A stretch of DNA of 64,000 nucleotides from an uncultured Methanomassiliicoccales archaeon (GCA_963695345.1 OY968769.1:2464001-2528000), one strand, 5' to 3'. Numbered from the stretch's first letter, positions 24,131-34,683 are shown. Notes: a model not told the origin generated them from the letters alone. Numbers and translations: made by a program.

Positions 24131-24301
24131 GCAACCATCTCGACCGCTTATCTTTCATTTTCGCACATCTTCCGGCCCCGATGCTCAATGCGGTATGCGG
24201 TCATTATTATTCATTAAAAAAAGGGAATGGAGGGGCTCGTAATCCTCTGACATGAACCCCTTGGTATGGAAGACCGACGAACGGCATTTCGTTGGTATTC
24301 C

Positions 24302-24757
24302 TTATTTCCATCTTGGCTGCGGCTGCTTCTCATGCTCTTTGTGGCTGCTGGAATTCGCCTTTGCCTTCAGCTCTGTCTTCTTGAGCTCCATGGCAGCCTC
24401 CGCCCTTCGTTCCTTGGCGTTTAGCCTTTTAACGGCCGGGGTCTCTTTGGCGGAAGCGGCCATTTTCTTGGCCTCCATCTCTTCCTCGCCTTTTCGGTAA
24501 TTTGCATCCGCCAGTTTCCTGGCCTTGATCTTCTCGATGGCTTTGGTCGCCTTGGCGGTGGATTCCTTCTTGACCTTTGCCTTAAGGGCAGCCTTGGATT
24601 TCGCCGCCTCATCTTTCACCGTTTTGGATTTCACGGCGGTCTTCTTCGCACCTACCGTCTCTTTCTTGACCTGCGTGACGGCTTTCTTGCTCTTTGCCGG
24701 GTTCTTGGTCTCTGCCTTAGCCGATTTGGCTTCTACCTTTGGCGTCTTCGGTGCCAT
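24302..24757 (-). CDS. Lys/Ala-rich basic low-complexity protein (histone H1-like)
   Basis: MAPKTPKVEAKSAKAETK..., dominated by K, A, E, T; followed on the minus strand by a T-tract near 24215-24222. Confidence 0.75.
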   Translation of the reverse strand: MAPKTPKVEAKSAKAETKNPAKSKKAVTQVKKETVGAKKTAVKSKTVKDEAAKSKAALKAKVKKESTAKATKAIEKIKARKLADANYRKGEEEMEAKKMAASAKETPAVKRLNAKERRAEAAMELKKTELKAKANSSSHKEHEKQPQPRWK

Positions 24758-24928
24758 ACGACCACTGTTTAGGCTCTCGTCGTAGTTATATTGTATCCTC
24801 AAGTCAAAACGAGATTTTCATAGCTGCACGTCAGAAAACTCAATAACAGATAAGAATGGATGACTTCCGACGTTGAAGATCACTCCGCGGTCCTGCATTA
24901 GATACAGGTCCGAATATCGACTGGGATT

Positions 24929-25192
24929 TCAGGCGTACGTAATGTCGTTCATGGCATCTCTGATGATGTCCATCGTCTCCCGGATGAGAGGAACTCTGCC
25001 TTCGAGGACAAGCCTCCCATTGACGAATAGTGCCGGTGCCCGCGTCACCCCTCGCTCCCTGACCTCGATACCATCCTGGAGCTTGACGATCTCCGCATCC
25101 AGCTTCATTTCGTCGACCGCCTCATGAACGACCTGTTCCAGTTTCTTGCATTTGCCACAGGTGGATGTGAACACTTCGATTTTGACCGTCAT
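24929..25192 (-). CDS. Small thioredoxin-like protein, paralog of 21096-21359
   Basis: MTVKIEVFTSTCGKC, RGVTRAPALFVN..EGRVP, preceded by GGAG. Confidence 0.85.
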   Translation of the reverse strand: MTVKIEVFTSTCGKCKKLEQVVHEAVDEMKLDAEIVKLQDGIEVRERGVTRAPALFVNGRLVLEGRVPLIRETMDIIRDAMNDITYA

Positions 25193-25298
25193 GGGTAACT
25201 CTCCGACCTCATAAATGGGAGCATCAGGTTCATGTACTCTCGCATAGGCGTTTCCAAATAACATATTAAGGCCAGATACTCCAGGTACCCTTATACGG

Positions 25299-27062
25299 TC
25301 ACTCGTTCCTTGATTCCTCGTTCCTGGTCTCCATTGACCTGGAGAGTGCTGCTGCAACCCGATCATACCTCCGGTCGATGACGTCCCATGCCAACCAGGA
25401 CACGATGATCACACCAATCACCAACTCAAACGAGGAGACCGGCAATCCCTGATAGGAGGGCAGCAGCGGGAATATCAGGAGGATTAGCAAGACGAAAGAA
25501 ATGGCCGAGCCGATGTTCATGAAGAGACGGTAGGTGCGGAGCATTGCCGCAAGGCTATGCTTCCCTTCAGCATTGGAGGACATAGCCAGGGTGATCGCGA
25601 TCACGCTAATCCGCTTCACCAGATGGATCATTGCCGGGATAATTACGCTCAGAGCGATTATGAGCTGCACCAGAGAAGCTATCGATTCGTTCCCAGTTGT
25701 CGCATGGACATATTCCTCGATGATCGTAATCAGATCCAGTGCCAGAAGGGTTGCTATTATGATCACGAAATCGATGAATATGAGATATATCTGCTTCCGA
25801 ACGGTCAAACGGACCTTTGAGGAATGTGCCATCCTTTCCCCGGCTTCGAGACGGGATTCCTCCACGATGGTCAAGTCCCCGATTATCTTGGTCGGTATCT
25901 TGCCTAAAAACCAGTTGAAGATCCTCGGAGAGGACCGAGAAATGTATGGGAGCAGAACCATCGTGATGACTGCTGCGCCGATCACTGAAGAATAGATATC
26001 CGTGCCGATCAGCTCCCCATCCAGGGCCACCTTCGCAACCACGAAAGTGAACTCCCCCATGGCGACCATACTGGTGGCGATCAGGAAGCTGGAGCGGGCC
26101 TTGAAGTTCGCTGCATAACAACCAATTATTATGCTAGTCATCTTTCCCACGATGAAAATCGCCGCCACCATCATGGCCAGGGGGAGGCCAGTCCACATCA
26201 GCTCAGGGTCTAATTGCAGGCCGATGGAGATGAAGAATATGGCCATGAACATCTCCTTCATCGGCTCAACTTTCCTCTCCACTACGTTGCAGCACGTGGA
26301 CTGTGAGATCAATATACCAGCTAGGAAAGCACCTATGGCGACAGAAAGGCCGAGGGCGCTGGAGATCAATGAAAGGCCAAACCCGATCCCCACTGCCACC
26401 AGGAACAGGGTTTCACCCGAGTAATGTGTGTTAACCCAGTCCATAAATCTTGGGAGCACGGCGAGTCCCATGACGAATGTTATCCCTATGAATGAGACGA
26501 CTATGATGAGTGTTTCGATCAAGGAGGATGAGGTCGTACCGCCTATGATAGGGGTTGCCAGTGCCAGAATGACGATCAGCCCGATATCTTCCATGATAAG
26601 GATTCCTGTGACCGCCTTGGACAACTTCCCCTGCATGTGTTCGTTGTCTTTCATCACTCCCAGGACGACTGCCGTGCTGGCACAAGAGATGGTGACGCCG
26701 AGGAACAAAGCCTGGGCGCTGTCCATTCCCAGTCCCAGACCGAGCCCATAACCGATCACGACCATCATGGTCATCTCAATGGCGACGATGATTGCCGCAT
26801 ATGACGCTACATTCTTCAGACCCCGGAGGTTGAGCTCCAGGCCGATGAAGAACATCAACAGAACGATACCCATGCTAGCGAAGACGGTCACGGTGGATTC
26901 TTGAATGACGACTTCGGGGAATATGTGAGGTCCGAGAAGGAAGCCAGCAATCAGATAACCGATGATCGTGGGCAGCTTCAGTTTCTTGAGGACTATGGAA
27001 CATACGCCTGCCGCTATCAGCATCAAAGTGATGTCGAACAGTAGGACGGTCTCGGCGCTCAT
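25299..27062 (-). CDS. CPA2 cation:proton antiporter with extra C-terminal membrane segments
   Basis: LPTIIGYLIAGFLLGP, LMFFIGLE, GILIMEDI, GAFLAG, FFISIG, MGEFTFVV. Confidence 0.92.
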   Translation of the reverse strand: MSAETVLLFDITLMLIAAGVCSIVLKKLKLPTIIGYLIAGFLLGPHIFPEVVIQESTVTVFASMGIVLLMFFIGLELNLRGLKNVASYAAIIVAIEMTMMVVIGYGLGLGLGMDSAQALFLGVTISCASTAVVLGVMKDNEHMQGKLSKAVTGILIMEDIGLIVILALATPIIGGTTSSSLIETLIIVVSFIGITFVMGLAVLPRFMDWVNTHYSGETLFLVAVGIGFGLSLISSALGLSVAIGAFLAGILISQSTCCNVVERKVEPMKEMFMAIFFISIGLQLDPELMWTGLPLAMMVAAIFIVGKMTSIIIGCYAANFKARSSFLIATSMVAMGEFTFVVAKVALDGELIGTDIYSSVIGAAVITMVLLPYISRSSPRIFNWFLGKIPTKIIGDLTIVEESRLEAGERMAHSSKVRLTVRKQIYLIFIDFVIIIATLLALDLITIIEEYVHATTGNESIASLVQLIIALSVIIPAMIHLVKRISVIAITLAMSSNAEGKHSLAAMLRTYRLFMNIGSAISFVLLILLIFPLLPSYQGLPVSSFELVIGVIIVSWLAWDVIDRRYDRVAAALSRSMETRNEESRNE

Positions 27063-27334
27063 TCATTTATCCCTTTACTACCAGGTCAATACTGGCTTAC
27101 TTGATATTTATTTCCGAGAGAACCCCGATGGGGCATAAGCGATCCATCCCAGACCAGAAAGCAAACCTTATGAAAATGGATTCTGGATCAAGCAATCCCT
27201 GGTTTGGAAGGCTAAGTACTGAGACAATGACCCAATGGCAATGGCCGATTACCTAGGCTAGGTCAATCCTCCTGAGGTTGCGCAACTTGCGAAACAGACC
27301 ATGTTTGAATTCTTGCTGTTTTGCAGACCGTCCC

Positions 27335-29290
27335 TTATACCGGGTCACCGCTTGCCCTGGCGCAAACCTTGATCCAATTCGAGCTTTTGTTGAGCAAGAC
27401 GGAATCCTTGCTCTGTCCTCCCTCGTAGGCTTCCACCATGACCTTGACGTCCTTGGCGCCGGCCAAGGCCGCTCGGTCCATCACATAAGTGGTGGCCATC
27501 TCCTTGGCCCGCAGGACGGCATCCTCCTGGGTATCGAATTTCTGGGGATCGGTTATGGAGGAGAAGATCCAGAAGTGACTGCCCCTGGGATATACCTGCA
27601 ACGTGACCGATTCCGATACCTTGCTGCACACCGCCCCTACCGCATTTCCCACATCCGCGTGGGGCGGAATGACCACCTTGACATCCAAACGCTTCTCCAG
27701 TTCCGGGACGAAAATGTGCGCCGGTGCCCCTATGCCCACGATCGGGCGGTCGAGCATCGCGTGGATGGACATGGTGCGGAAGCCTGCCGCTCCCAGGCTG
27801 GCACGGATCATATAGTCTAGAGAGCGGGAATTGGTGAGCTCTCCGGCCTCGTCATAGATCAGCTTCTTGATGATCTCGGCGCCCACTCGGGTCACCATCT
27901 CCGACATGAATATCTCAATGAACGCCGCTGGAGTGACCCCCAGGCGGTTCGCGAATATCTCTATGCCTTCCATCGAAGCATCCACATCTCCCGACACGTA
28001 GACCCCCTTCGCGTGCATGATATCGGTTGGCGTGAGCCCGGTCTGGGAGATGTAACCCTTGGCCTTCAGCGATTTGATGTTCTCGGGCACATAGGTACGG
28101 TCCTCCAGCGCGTCATGCAGCTCGTAGAGCGTGCAGAGCCCGAACGTCTTGATGTAATCGTACACCAGCGCATCCTCCCAGCACAGCCCGGAAGGGTCCC
28201 TTTCGTACCAGGTATAGAACGTGGTGATCCTGGTCGTCTTGATCTTCTCCAGAACATACGGGTTCCGTTTTGAGGCGACCGCTAGAGGGGTCACTCTGTC
28301 CGGCCCGATCTCGATACGCCCATGGCTGTCCATCTGGACGTCCGAATCGCCTCCGAGCCCGCTGGTCCAAATGTCGATGGCCCTCACCCGGGTCCTCCAA
28401 TTTCCCACCGTCGCCCCTTCCTTGGTTATCCGGGGAAATCCCTTGTCCAAGTAGGCGATGTCGGTGGAGGTCCCACCGATGTCCAGCACGATGCAGTTGT
28501 CCAGGCCCGATAGCAGGCGCCCGCCCATTAGGCTGGCGGCCGGTCCGGAGAGGATGGTCTCGACCGGCCTTTCCCTTGCCACGGAAATGCTCATCATCGA
28601 TCCGTCACCCTTGAAGACCATTATCTGGCCCAATATGTTCCTCTTGCGAAGCGAGTTCTCGACACCGGTCAGGAACTCACCGATTATGGGGATGAGCTTG
28701 GCGTTCAAGATGGCGGTGACTGTCCTTTCCGCCACCCCAAGTTCCGATGTCAGGTCGTGACCCGCCACCACCAACCGGTCCGATTTCTCCAGGATCATTC
28801 TGCGGGCGATCTCCTCGTGCTCCGGGTTATGGACGCTGAATATGCTGGATACGACGATCGCGTCCACGTTTCCGACCATCAGATTGATGGCGTGCTCCAT
28901 CTGGAACATGTTCAAGGGTGCCTTTTCCCTTCCGCTTACCGTGTGCCCTCCCACGACCGAGTGTACCACCTTGGCTCCGAGATCGCATTCTGGGTCTGGG
29001 ACCCATCCTATGCATATGAGGCCGACAGAACCTCCCTTCCCGGTCAGAATGGAATTGGTCGCCAATGTCGTGGAAAGACCTACCAGTTGAATCTCATCGA
29101 CAGAGAATGTACCGGAGGAGAGAACACCGTCCACCGCCCCCAGCATCCCAATGGATAGGTCAGAATAGGTAGTCGGTGATTTTGAAGTGGCCAGGACCTT
29201 CATGGACCCCATATCCACGATGGCCGCATCGGTGAATGTTCCCCCAGTATCGATCCCTAGGCCTAGGGTCCTGTGACTTGCTGAAGCCAT
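27335..29290 (-). CDS. Hydantoinase/oxoprolinase family protein (A-subunit type)
   Basis: GIDTGGTFTDA, STTLATN, ETILSGPAAS, DIGGTSTDI, GLGGDS, TPTD, VGNAVGA. Confidence 0.92.
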   Translation of the reverse strand: MASASHRTLGLGIDTGGTFTDAAIVDMGSMKVLATSKSPTTYSDLSIGMLGAVDGVLSSGTFSVDEIQLVGLSTTLATNSILTGKGGSVGLICIGWVPDPECDLGAKVVHSVVGGHTVSGREKAPLNMFQMEHAINLMVGNVDAIVVSSIFSVHNPEHEEIARRMILEKSDRLVVAGHDLTSELGVAERTVTAILNAKLIPIIGEFLTGVENSLRKRNILGQIMVFKGDGSMMSISVARERPVETILSGPAASLMGGRLLSGLDNCIVLDIGGTSTDIAYLDKGFPRITKEGATVGNWRTRVRAIDIWTSGLGGDSDVQMDSHGRIEIGPDRVTPLAVASKRNPYVLEKIKTTRITTFYTWYERDPSGLCWEDALVYDYIKTFGLCTLYELHDALEDRTYVPENIKSLKAKGYISQTGLTPTDIMHAKGVYVSGDVDASMEGIEIFANRLGVTPAAFIEIFMSEMVTRVGAEIIKKLIYDEAGELTNSRSLDYMIRASLGAAGFRTMSIHAMLDRPIVGIGAPAHIFVPELEKRLDVKVVIPPHADVGNAVGAVCSKVSESVTLQVYPRGSHFWIFSSITDPQKFDTQEDAVLRAKEMATTYVMDRAALAGAKDVKVMVEAYEGGQSKDSVLLNKSSNWIKVCARASGDPV

Positions 29291-29575
29291 TTGTCTACAC
29301 CTGTTAATGCTCCATTTCACAGAGGGATTCAATATACTTTCTAAAACTCATACGCCTAAGTCAGAAGACATTTCCGAAACGGTACTTCTTGGCCAGAAAC
29401 ATCATTTCATGAACATCGATCAAGGGGGGCATTCCGTGGGTAATTATGTCGTCGTTGATTTTCATTAAAATATTTTACTCATTTTAATATTATTAGGTCA
29501 TCAAGAATGCCGCCTCATGTGAATGGCAAGATTACCTTTTTAAGGAGGCAGTCCAGTATTTAATATGACTCGGTT

Positions 29576-32479
29576 ATGAAACTAAGGACCAAGACCATCA
29601 TCACATTGATCCCGATGGCCATTCTGTTCGTTCTCCTGACGAACTCCCTAGGTTCCAGCATAATCGTCGGAGAAGCATTAAAAGAGGACAATGCCAGGGC
29701 TGAAGTGGCATCGAAAGAGATCAATCTCGGGCTTGATGACAAGGTTTCCCAATTGGATATGTTCTGTGCCGACTGGGGCATTTGGGACGAAGCCTGGTAC
29801 TTCGTCCAATTTCATAACTCTAGCTTCGCCGAGCAGGTCCTGAACCCAGATTCGATGTCGGCCGGCGATCTAGGCGCCCTCTTGTTCTATAATGTGACCG
29901 GAAAATTTGTCGATGGACTCGCCCTCGATAAGGTCAATGGCACTGTAATCGAGATTCCTGTAGACCTGCTTTCGATTATCGAGAATGATACGACCTTGCA
30001 TTTGAGGACGGACATCGAAGATCATCGATTGGGAATTCTTTCCCTGGGGAACGGCACTGCCATGTTCTCATCAAGACCTGTGGTCAAGACCAGTATGATA
30101 GGTCCGCCGATGGGCAGCATCATCATGATCGTCTATGTTGACGAGGATACGATATCCTCATTGTCGGCGCTGTATGGGGCAAAGCTCTCGCTAGGTTCAG
30201 ACGTCCTGGACCAGGAGATGTTTGGCAACCTGGGAACCGACAATGTGGTTATTGATATGCTGAACGATTCCACCATAGCTGCCTCCTGGTTTGTCCAGGA
30301 CATCTATGGCCAGCCAGCGCTATCCCTAACGATTGACGTCCAAAGAACCGCCTTTTTGAACGTCCAGGATTCGACAGTATACATGAGCATCGCCGTTTTA
30401 GCGGCAGGCCTGGGCAATTTCTTTCTCATGCTGGTTTTCGTGGATAGGGGGATCCTATCGCACCTTCACAAGGTCATGGATGACATAAACGGGATTGGAA
30501 CCGGAAAAAGGAAGGAAAGGCGGGTCCGGGTTATGGGGGATGATGAGCTGAGGGACCTCAGCATACAGGTGAACGTCATGTTGGAGTCCCTTGACCGTTC
30601 GGACAAAGAAATGGTCCATAAGGAGAAGAAGTACAGGACCATAGTGGAGGGCTCTTCGAACGCCATACTGATCGTAGGAAGGGAAGACCAGAGGATAATC
30701 GATGTGAACCCTGCCTTCCTTAAGATGACTGGAAAATCCGTGGAAATGCTTAACACCCTCAAGATCGGGGACGTCCTCATCACTCCGGAACAATGGTCCA
30801 GACCATCATCCCCTGATTCTTCCGCGGAAGAAGGGTACGGGTATATTATCCACACCGATTCGTCAACCTCGGAGGTGGAATTGAGCAGGTCCTCTCTTCT
30901 GCTGGATGGGACTGAGGTGGACTGCTATATCGCCAAGGACGTGACCGAAAGGAGAAAGGCCGAGAGGGAGAAGGAATCGATACTGGACCAGCTCCAGAGG
31001 GCCAATGAGAAGTTGGAGATCACCCTGAGGTCCATCGCCGACGGTGTGATCACCATCGATGGCCAGGGAAACATCATTCTCGGTAACCGGGCGGCGGAAG
31101 AGATGATGGGCCGAAAGATGGATTCTATCACTGGCCATAGGATCAAGGAGGTCTTCGACCTTCCCGACAACCAATGGAAAACGATCACATCGATCACTTC
31201 CGGCGGTCCATTGAGGAACGAGACCCGGAATCCCGACGGTCTCAACTGGCTAATGGAGTACAACTTCACCACCTTGAGGGGTGAGAAGGACGAAGCGATA
31301 GGCAAGGTGTTCGTGTTCCGGGACATCTCGCAAAAGGTCAGGGCGGAGATCGCCGAGGCCAACGCCGACAGGCTAGAATCGATAGGTACATTGGCGGGAG
31401 GCATTGCCCACGATTTCAACAACCTGATGACCTCGGTCATGGGCGAGATGTTCTTGCTGCGAGCGGAGATAGATCAAAGCGAGAATTCGATGAAAAGGTC
31501 GTTGGGCCGTATCGATGAGATGGAGACCGCCATGGACCGTGCCAAGTTCGTCGCCCAGGAACTGCTTTCCCTTTCAAAGGGCGGTTCGCCCATCCAGAAG
31601 CCTACGGTAGTAAAGGGGCTTCTAGAGGACACCGCCAGGCTCGCCTTCACCGGATCGAACCTGAACTGGATCTTGGAATGCCCCGAGGACCTGTGGGCCG
31701 CGAACATCGATTCCGGACAGATGAACCGGGCCTTCCTCAACATACTCTTCAACGCCCAGGAGGCCAGCCCTACCGCGAGCACGGTGAGGATGGTCGCCCG
31801 TAATTTCGAAGGCGTCCCGCCCGGTCTAGCCAAAGGTAGATATGTTGTACTCGATTTCATCGATCAGGGGGTCGGTATTCCGCCTGAGGTCTTACCAAGG
31901 ATATTCGATCCTTACTTTACCACAAAGGAAACCGGTTCGGGCCTGGGCATGACAGTCACCTACAGCACGGTAAAGCGTCATGGCGGATCCATCGAGGTCG
32001 CATCGGAGGTAGGGAAAGGCACCCAGGTCACTATCTATATCCCGGCGGTCATCGACAAGGTCGAGCCTCAGCCTCAGCACCTGAAGGCGATCAACGGTTC
32101 CGGTCGCATACTCATCATGGACGACGAGCAGTTCATCCTCGATGTAACTGGAGAGGTCCTTCAGGAGCTGGGTTATGAAGTCGATGTGGCCGCTGATGGG
32201 TTGGAGGCCTTGAAAAAGTACGAGAAGGCCATTAACGAAGAAAAACGGTTCGACGCGGTCATAATGGACCTTACCATCCCTGGTGGGATGGGGGGTAAGG
32301 AGACTATCTCCCGTCTCTTGGAAATGGACCCGAGGGCAAAGGCGATCGTCTCATCGGGATATTCGAACGATCCGGTCATGGCGAACTTCCGCGATTATGG
32401 ATTCGCCGGGGTTGTGCCTAAGCCATACAGGATAGAGGAGCTCTCGCATACGCTCAAGAACGTTCTGGCCGGAAAATGA
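29576..32479 (+). CDS. Hybrid sensor kinase: TM-CHASE4-like-TM-HAMP-PAS-PAS-HisKA-HATPase-REC
   Basis: DWGIWDE, GDDEL, LAGGIAHDFNN, FDPYFTTK..GSGLG, ILIMDDE..MDLTIPG..KPY. Confidence 0.93.
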   Translation: MKLRTKTIITLIPMAILFVLLTNSLGSSIIVGEALKEDNARAEVASKEINLGLDDKVSQLDMFCADWGIWDEAWYFVQFHNSSFAEQVLNPDSMSAGDLGALLFYNVTGKFVDGLALDKVNGTVIEIPVDLLSIIENDTTLHLRTDIEDHRLGILSLGNGTAMFSSRPVVKTSMIGPPMGSIIMIVYVDEDTISSLSALYGAKLSLGSDVLDQEMFGNLGTDNVVIDMLNDSTIAASWFVQDIYGQPALSLTIDVQRTAFLNVQDSTVYMSIAVLAAGLGNFFLMLVFVDRGILSHLHKVMDDINGIGTGKRKERRVRVMGDDELRDLSIQVNVMLESLDRSDKEMVHKEKKYRTIVEGSSNAILIVGREDQRIIDVNPAFLKMTGKSVEMLNTLKIGDVLITPEQWSRPSSPDSSAEEGYGYIIHTDSSTSEVELSRSSLLLDGTEVDCYIAKDVTERRKAEREKESILDQLQRANEKLEITLRSIADGVITIDGQGNIILGNRAAEEMMGRKMDSITGHRIKEVFDLPDNQWKTITSITSGGPLRNETRNPDGLNWLMEYNFTTLRGEKDEAIGKVFVFRDISQKVRAEIAEANADRLESIGTLAGGIAHDFNNLMTSVMGEMFLLRAEIDQSENSMKRSLGRIDEMETAMDRAKFVAQELLSLSKGGSPIQKPTVVKGLLEDTARLAFTGSNLNWILECPEDLWAANIDSGQMNRAFLNILFNAQEASPTASTVRMVARNFEGVPPGLAKGRYVVLDFIDQGVGIPPEVLPRIFDPYFTTKETGSGLGMTVTYSTVKRHGGSIEVASEVGKGTQVTIYIPAVIDKVEPQPQHLKAINGSGRILIMDDEQFILDVTGEVLQELGYEVDVAADGLEALKKYEKAINEEKRFDAVIMDLTIPGGMGGKETISRLLEMDPRAKAIVSSGYSNDPVMANFRDYGFAGVVPKPYRIEELSHTLKNVLAGK

Positions 32480-32743
32480 CCTTTGAATCCTGTGTCGGTC
32501 AATGCGTGCCATCCTCCTAGGAATAGGGCTGAGCAGGTTGAGAAGGAACACCGAATCCTCAAGAATCGAGCAACGGCAATCCATTAGTCTCGCTATTCAA
32601 TCATGGAAACTGACATATGTTAGCCCTCCGAGCGCGTTTGGAAATCATTTCTCGAAGGCTGGATACAGACGTCGAGAATCCCGCTCAGGGTAGCATTCAA
32701 ATGTAATGGCCGCATACCCCGGGCAAAGCGAGTTGAAGCGGTC

Positions 32744-33316
32744 TTGAGCAACGACACCACTGCTAATCCAGCCCCCCTTGGGCTGATGGGATTCGGACTG
32801 ACGACCATACTGTTAAGCCTGAGCAATGCCGGCTACTTTGCGCTGGGAGCAGCCATCCTGACCATGGGATTGTTCTTCGGCGGAGCGGCCCAGATATTGG
32901 CTGGCATCATGGAGTACAAGAAAGGGAATACCTTCGGAATGACCGTGTTCTGCAGTTTCGGGTTCTTCTGGATTGTTGTCATCAGCACCATACTGGCCCC
33001 AACGCTCGGACTGGTGGCCAAGGCCGAGACCGCCCAGGCAATGGCATGGCTCTTCTTCCTCTGGGGTGTCTACGTAGTGTATCTCACGATCGGCACTCTC
33101 CGTACCAACCGGATGATGCAATTCACCTTTGCCGCCCTCGCACTTGTGCTATTCCTGCTGTCCGCTGCGGATGCCCTAGCAAGCACCGACATCAAGAACC
33201 TGGCCGGTTACGTCGGCATCCTCGCCGGTGCCGGAGCGGTGTACATGGCTGCTTCCCACGTCCTCCAGGAGTCCCTGGGTAAGAGCGTGCTACCACTGTT
33301 CGCGGTCAAAAAGTAG
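32744..33316 (+). CDS. satP: Acetate uptake transporter (SatP/YaaH/GPR1 family)
   Basis: ANPAPLGLMGFG, GGAAQILAG.MEY..GNTFG..F..FGFFW; TTG start. Confidence 0.92.
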   Translation: MSNDTTANPAPLGLMGFGLTTILLSLSNAGYFALGAAILTMGLFFGGAAQILAGIMEYKKGNTFGMTVFCSFGFFWIVVISTILAPTLGLVAKAETAQAMAWLFFLWGVYVVYLTIGTLRTNRMMQFTFAALALVLFLLSAADALASTDIKNLAGYVGILAGAGAVYMAASHVLQESLGKSVLPLFAVKK

Positions 33317-33344
33317 GCTGAACCAGAAAACCCGATGATATTAT

Positions 33345-33380
33345 GAGGCCAAATTCGGCCTCTCTCTTTCTTCTTTCTCA
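33345..33380 (+). terminator. Hairpin plus T/C tract after satP
   Basis: GAGGCC-AAATTC-GGCCTC then TCTCTTTCTTCTTT. Confidence 0.55.
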
Positions 33381-33527
33381 CTTCGGTTCTCTTACAACAT
33401 TGCTGTCGATCTGACGGATTGAATGATTTGTTTTCATGAACTCCCTTCCCAGTTCTCTTCCAGTCATCTCAATTCATCGAGAGGTGGTAAAATCATCCCC
33501 ATCCGTTGATGATTACTAGGGGGCCCA

Positions 33528-33791
33528 TCATTCAGGCTTCTTGGAGTAGCCCGTGTCTGTGGCAATGGCAGTCGGGGCAACGAAGTAGACCGAGTACTCT
33601 CGATCTCCCGCCAGTTGGTTGGCGAGGATCTCCACCTCCGATTCTGTCGAGGCGACCGCGATGACCTGCTGGTCCAGGACAGCTATCCAATCCCTGGCAT
33701 GATCCTGCATGAGGTCGATGTAATTCGCCTTGAACCATTCATCATTGGTCAGATCTGCCTCGCTCTCGATCATCTCATCATCTTCTGCCAT
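33528..33791 (-). CDS. Small protein, DUF5678-like
   Basis: EWFKANY.DL...WIAV...VIA..; GAGG RBS. Confidence 0.7.
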   Translation of the reverse strand: MAEDDEMIESEADLTNDEWFKANYIDLMQDHARDWIAVLDQQVIAVASTESEVEILANQLAGDREYSVYFVAPTAIATDTGYSKKPE

Positions 33792-34007
33792 ATCGATCTA
33801 CCTCTGTGTTTCTATTGCATTCTCTGGCATTTATTCTTTCTTAGCAATGCCATTTCGGTAGCGTTCTCGAACGGAGTTGGACCAGACTCTATTGGATAGG
33901 CAATATGTACTGTCGATTCCGAACAAACTGTTTTAAAAAGATCGGATCGGAGGTCCGGACCAAGTTACAATTACCACCCGCTCTGACGCGTTTCTGGAGG
34001 CACAACC

Positions 34008-34391
34008 ATGAACGAATATGAGAAGACCCTAAATGAGATCAAAGCCGCCATCGGAATCGTGCCTGGGTTCATGAAAGCATTGCCAGAGGATGTCCCTGAT
34101 CCATAATCGGCCCCTTTGGAAGAGATACTCCTTGGGAGAGACAGAGATGCCGACCAAGTACCGAGAACTAATGGGGCTATCGGTCGCAGCCAACATTAAA
34201 TGCTCCTACTGTGCGTTCCTTCACACCGCCATGGATGGCCGGGGCCAACGATGCGGAGATCGCAGAGACCACGTTCCTGGCCAGTCTGACCGCGAGATGG
34301 AGCACTATGCTGCATGCCCAATAATACGAAATCAAGACCTTGGAGAAAGAGGGGGAACAGATAGGGGAAATTCCTGTCCAATAATAAGTGA
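34008..34391 (+). pseudogene. Carboxymuconolactone decarboxylase/AhpD-like pseudogene
   Basis: GGAGG RBS, GIVPGFMKALP, KYRELMGLSVAANIKCSYC, ARWSTMLH; contains frameshifts, an apparent short deletion and an in-frame TAA. Confidence 0.75.
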
Positions 34392-34440
34392 AAATCTGTT
34401 CCTTTGTTTCCCGATTATCCAGAGGAGAATAGTGTTGGCC

Positions 34441-34683
34441 TCACCTGCGGGGCCTCCATTCCACATAGTTACCATGGGTCCGGTCCGGACTGACCTTGCA
34501 CAGTTCCTTTCTGGCGGCCGAACAGCTCCGGAAGAACAGGCAGCTGCTGCAGGACCGTACCACTACAGGTTCTGAGTCAACTCGATGACCGGTTCTTTTC
34601 AAATGCCTCGGAGATGCTTCCACGTTCTCGCCCTCTTGGAGGGCAAAAATCGGCTCTCTAGGTATATGCGGTCTTTTCGCCAA
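34441..34683 (-). CDS. Possible small Cys-motif protein
   Basis: 80-aa TTG ORF with CSSCLFFRSC..LC near the C-terminus; no family recognised. Confidence 0.35.
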   Translation of the reverse strand: MAKRPHIPREPIFALQEGENVEASPRHLKRTGHRVDSEPVVVRSCSSCLFFRSCSAARKELCKVSPDRTHGNYVEWRPRR

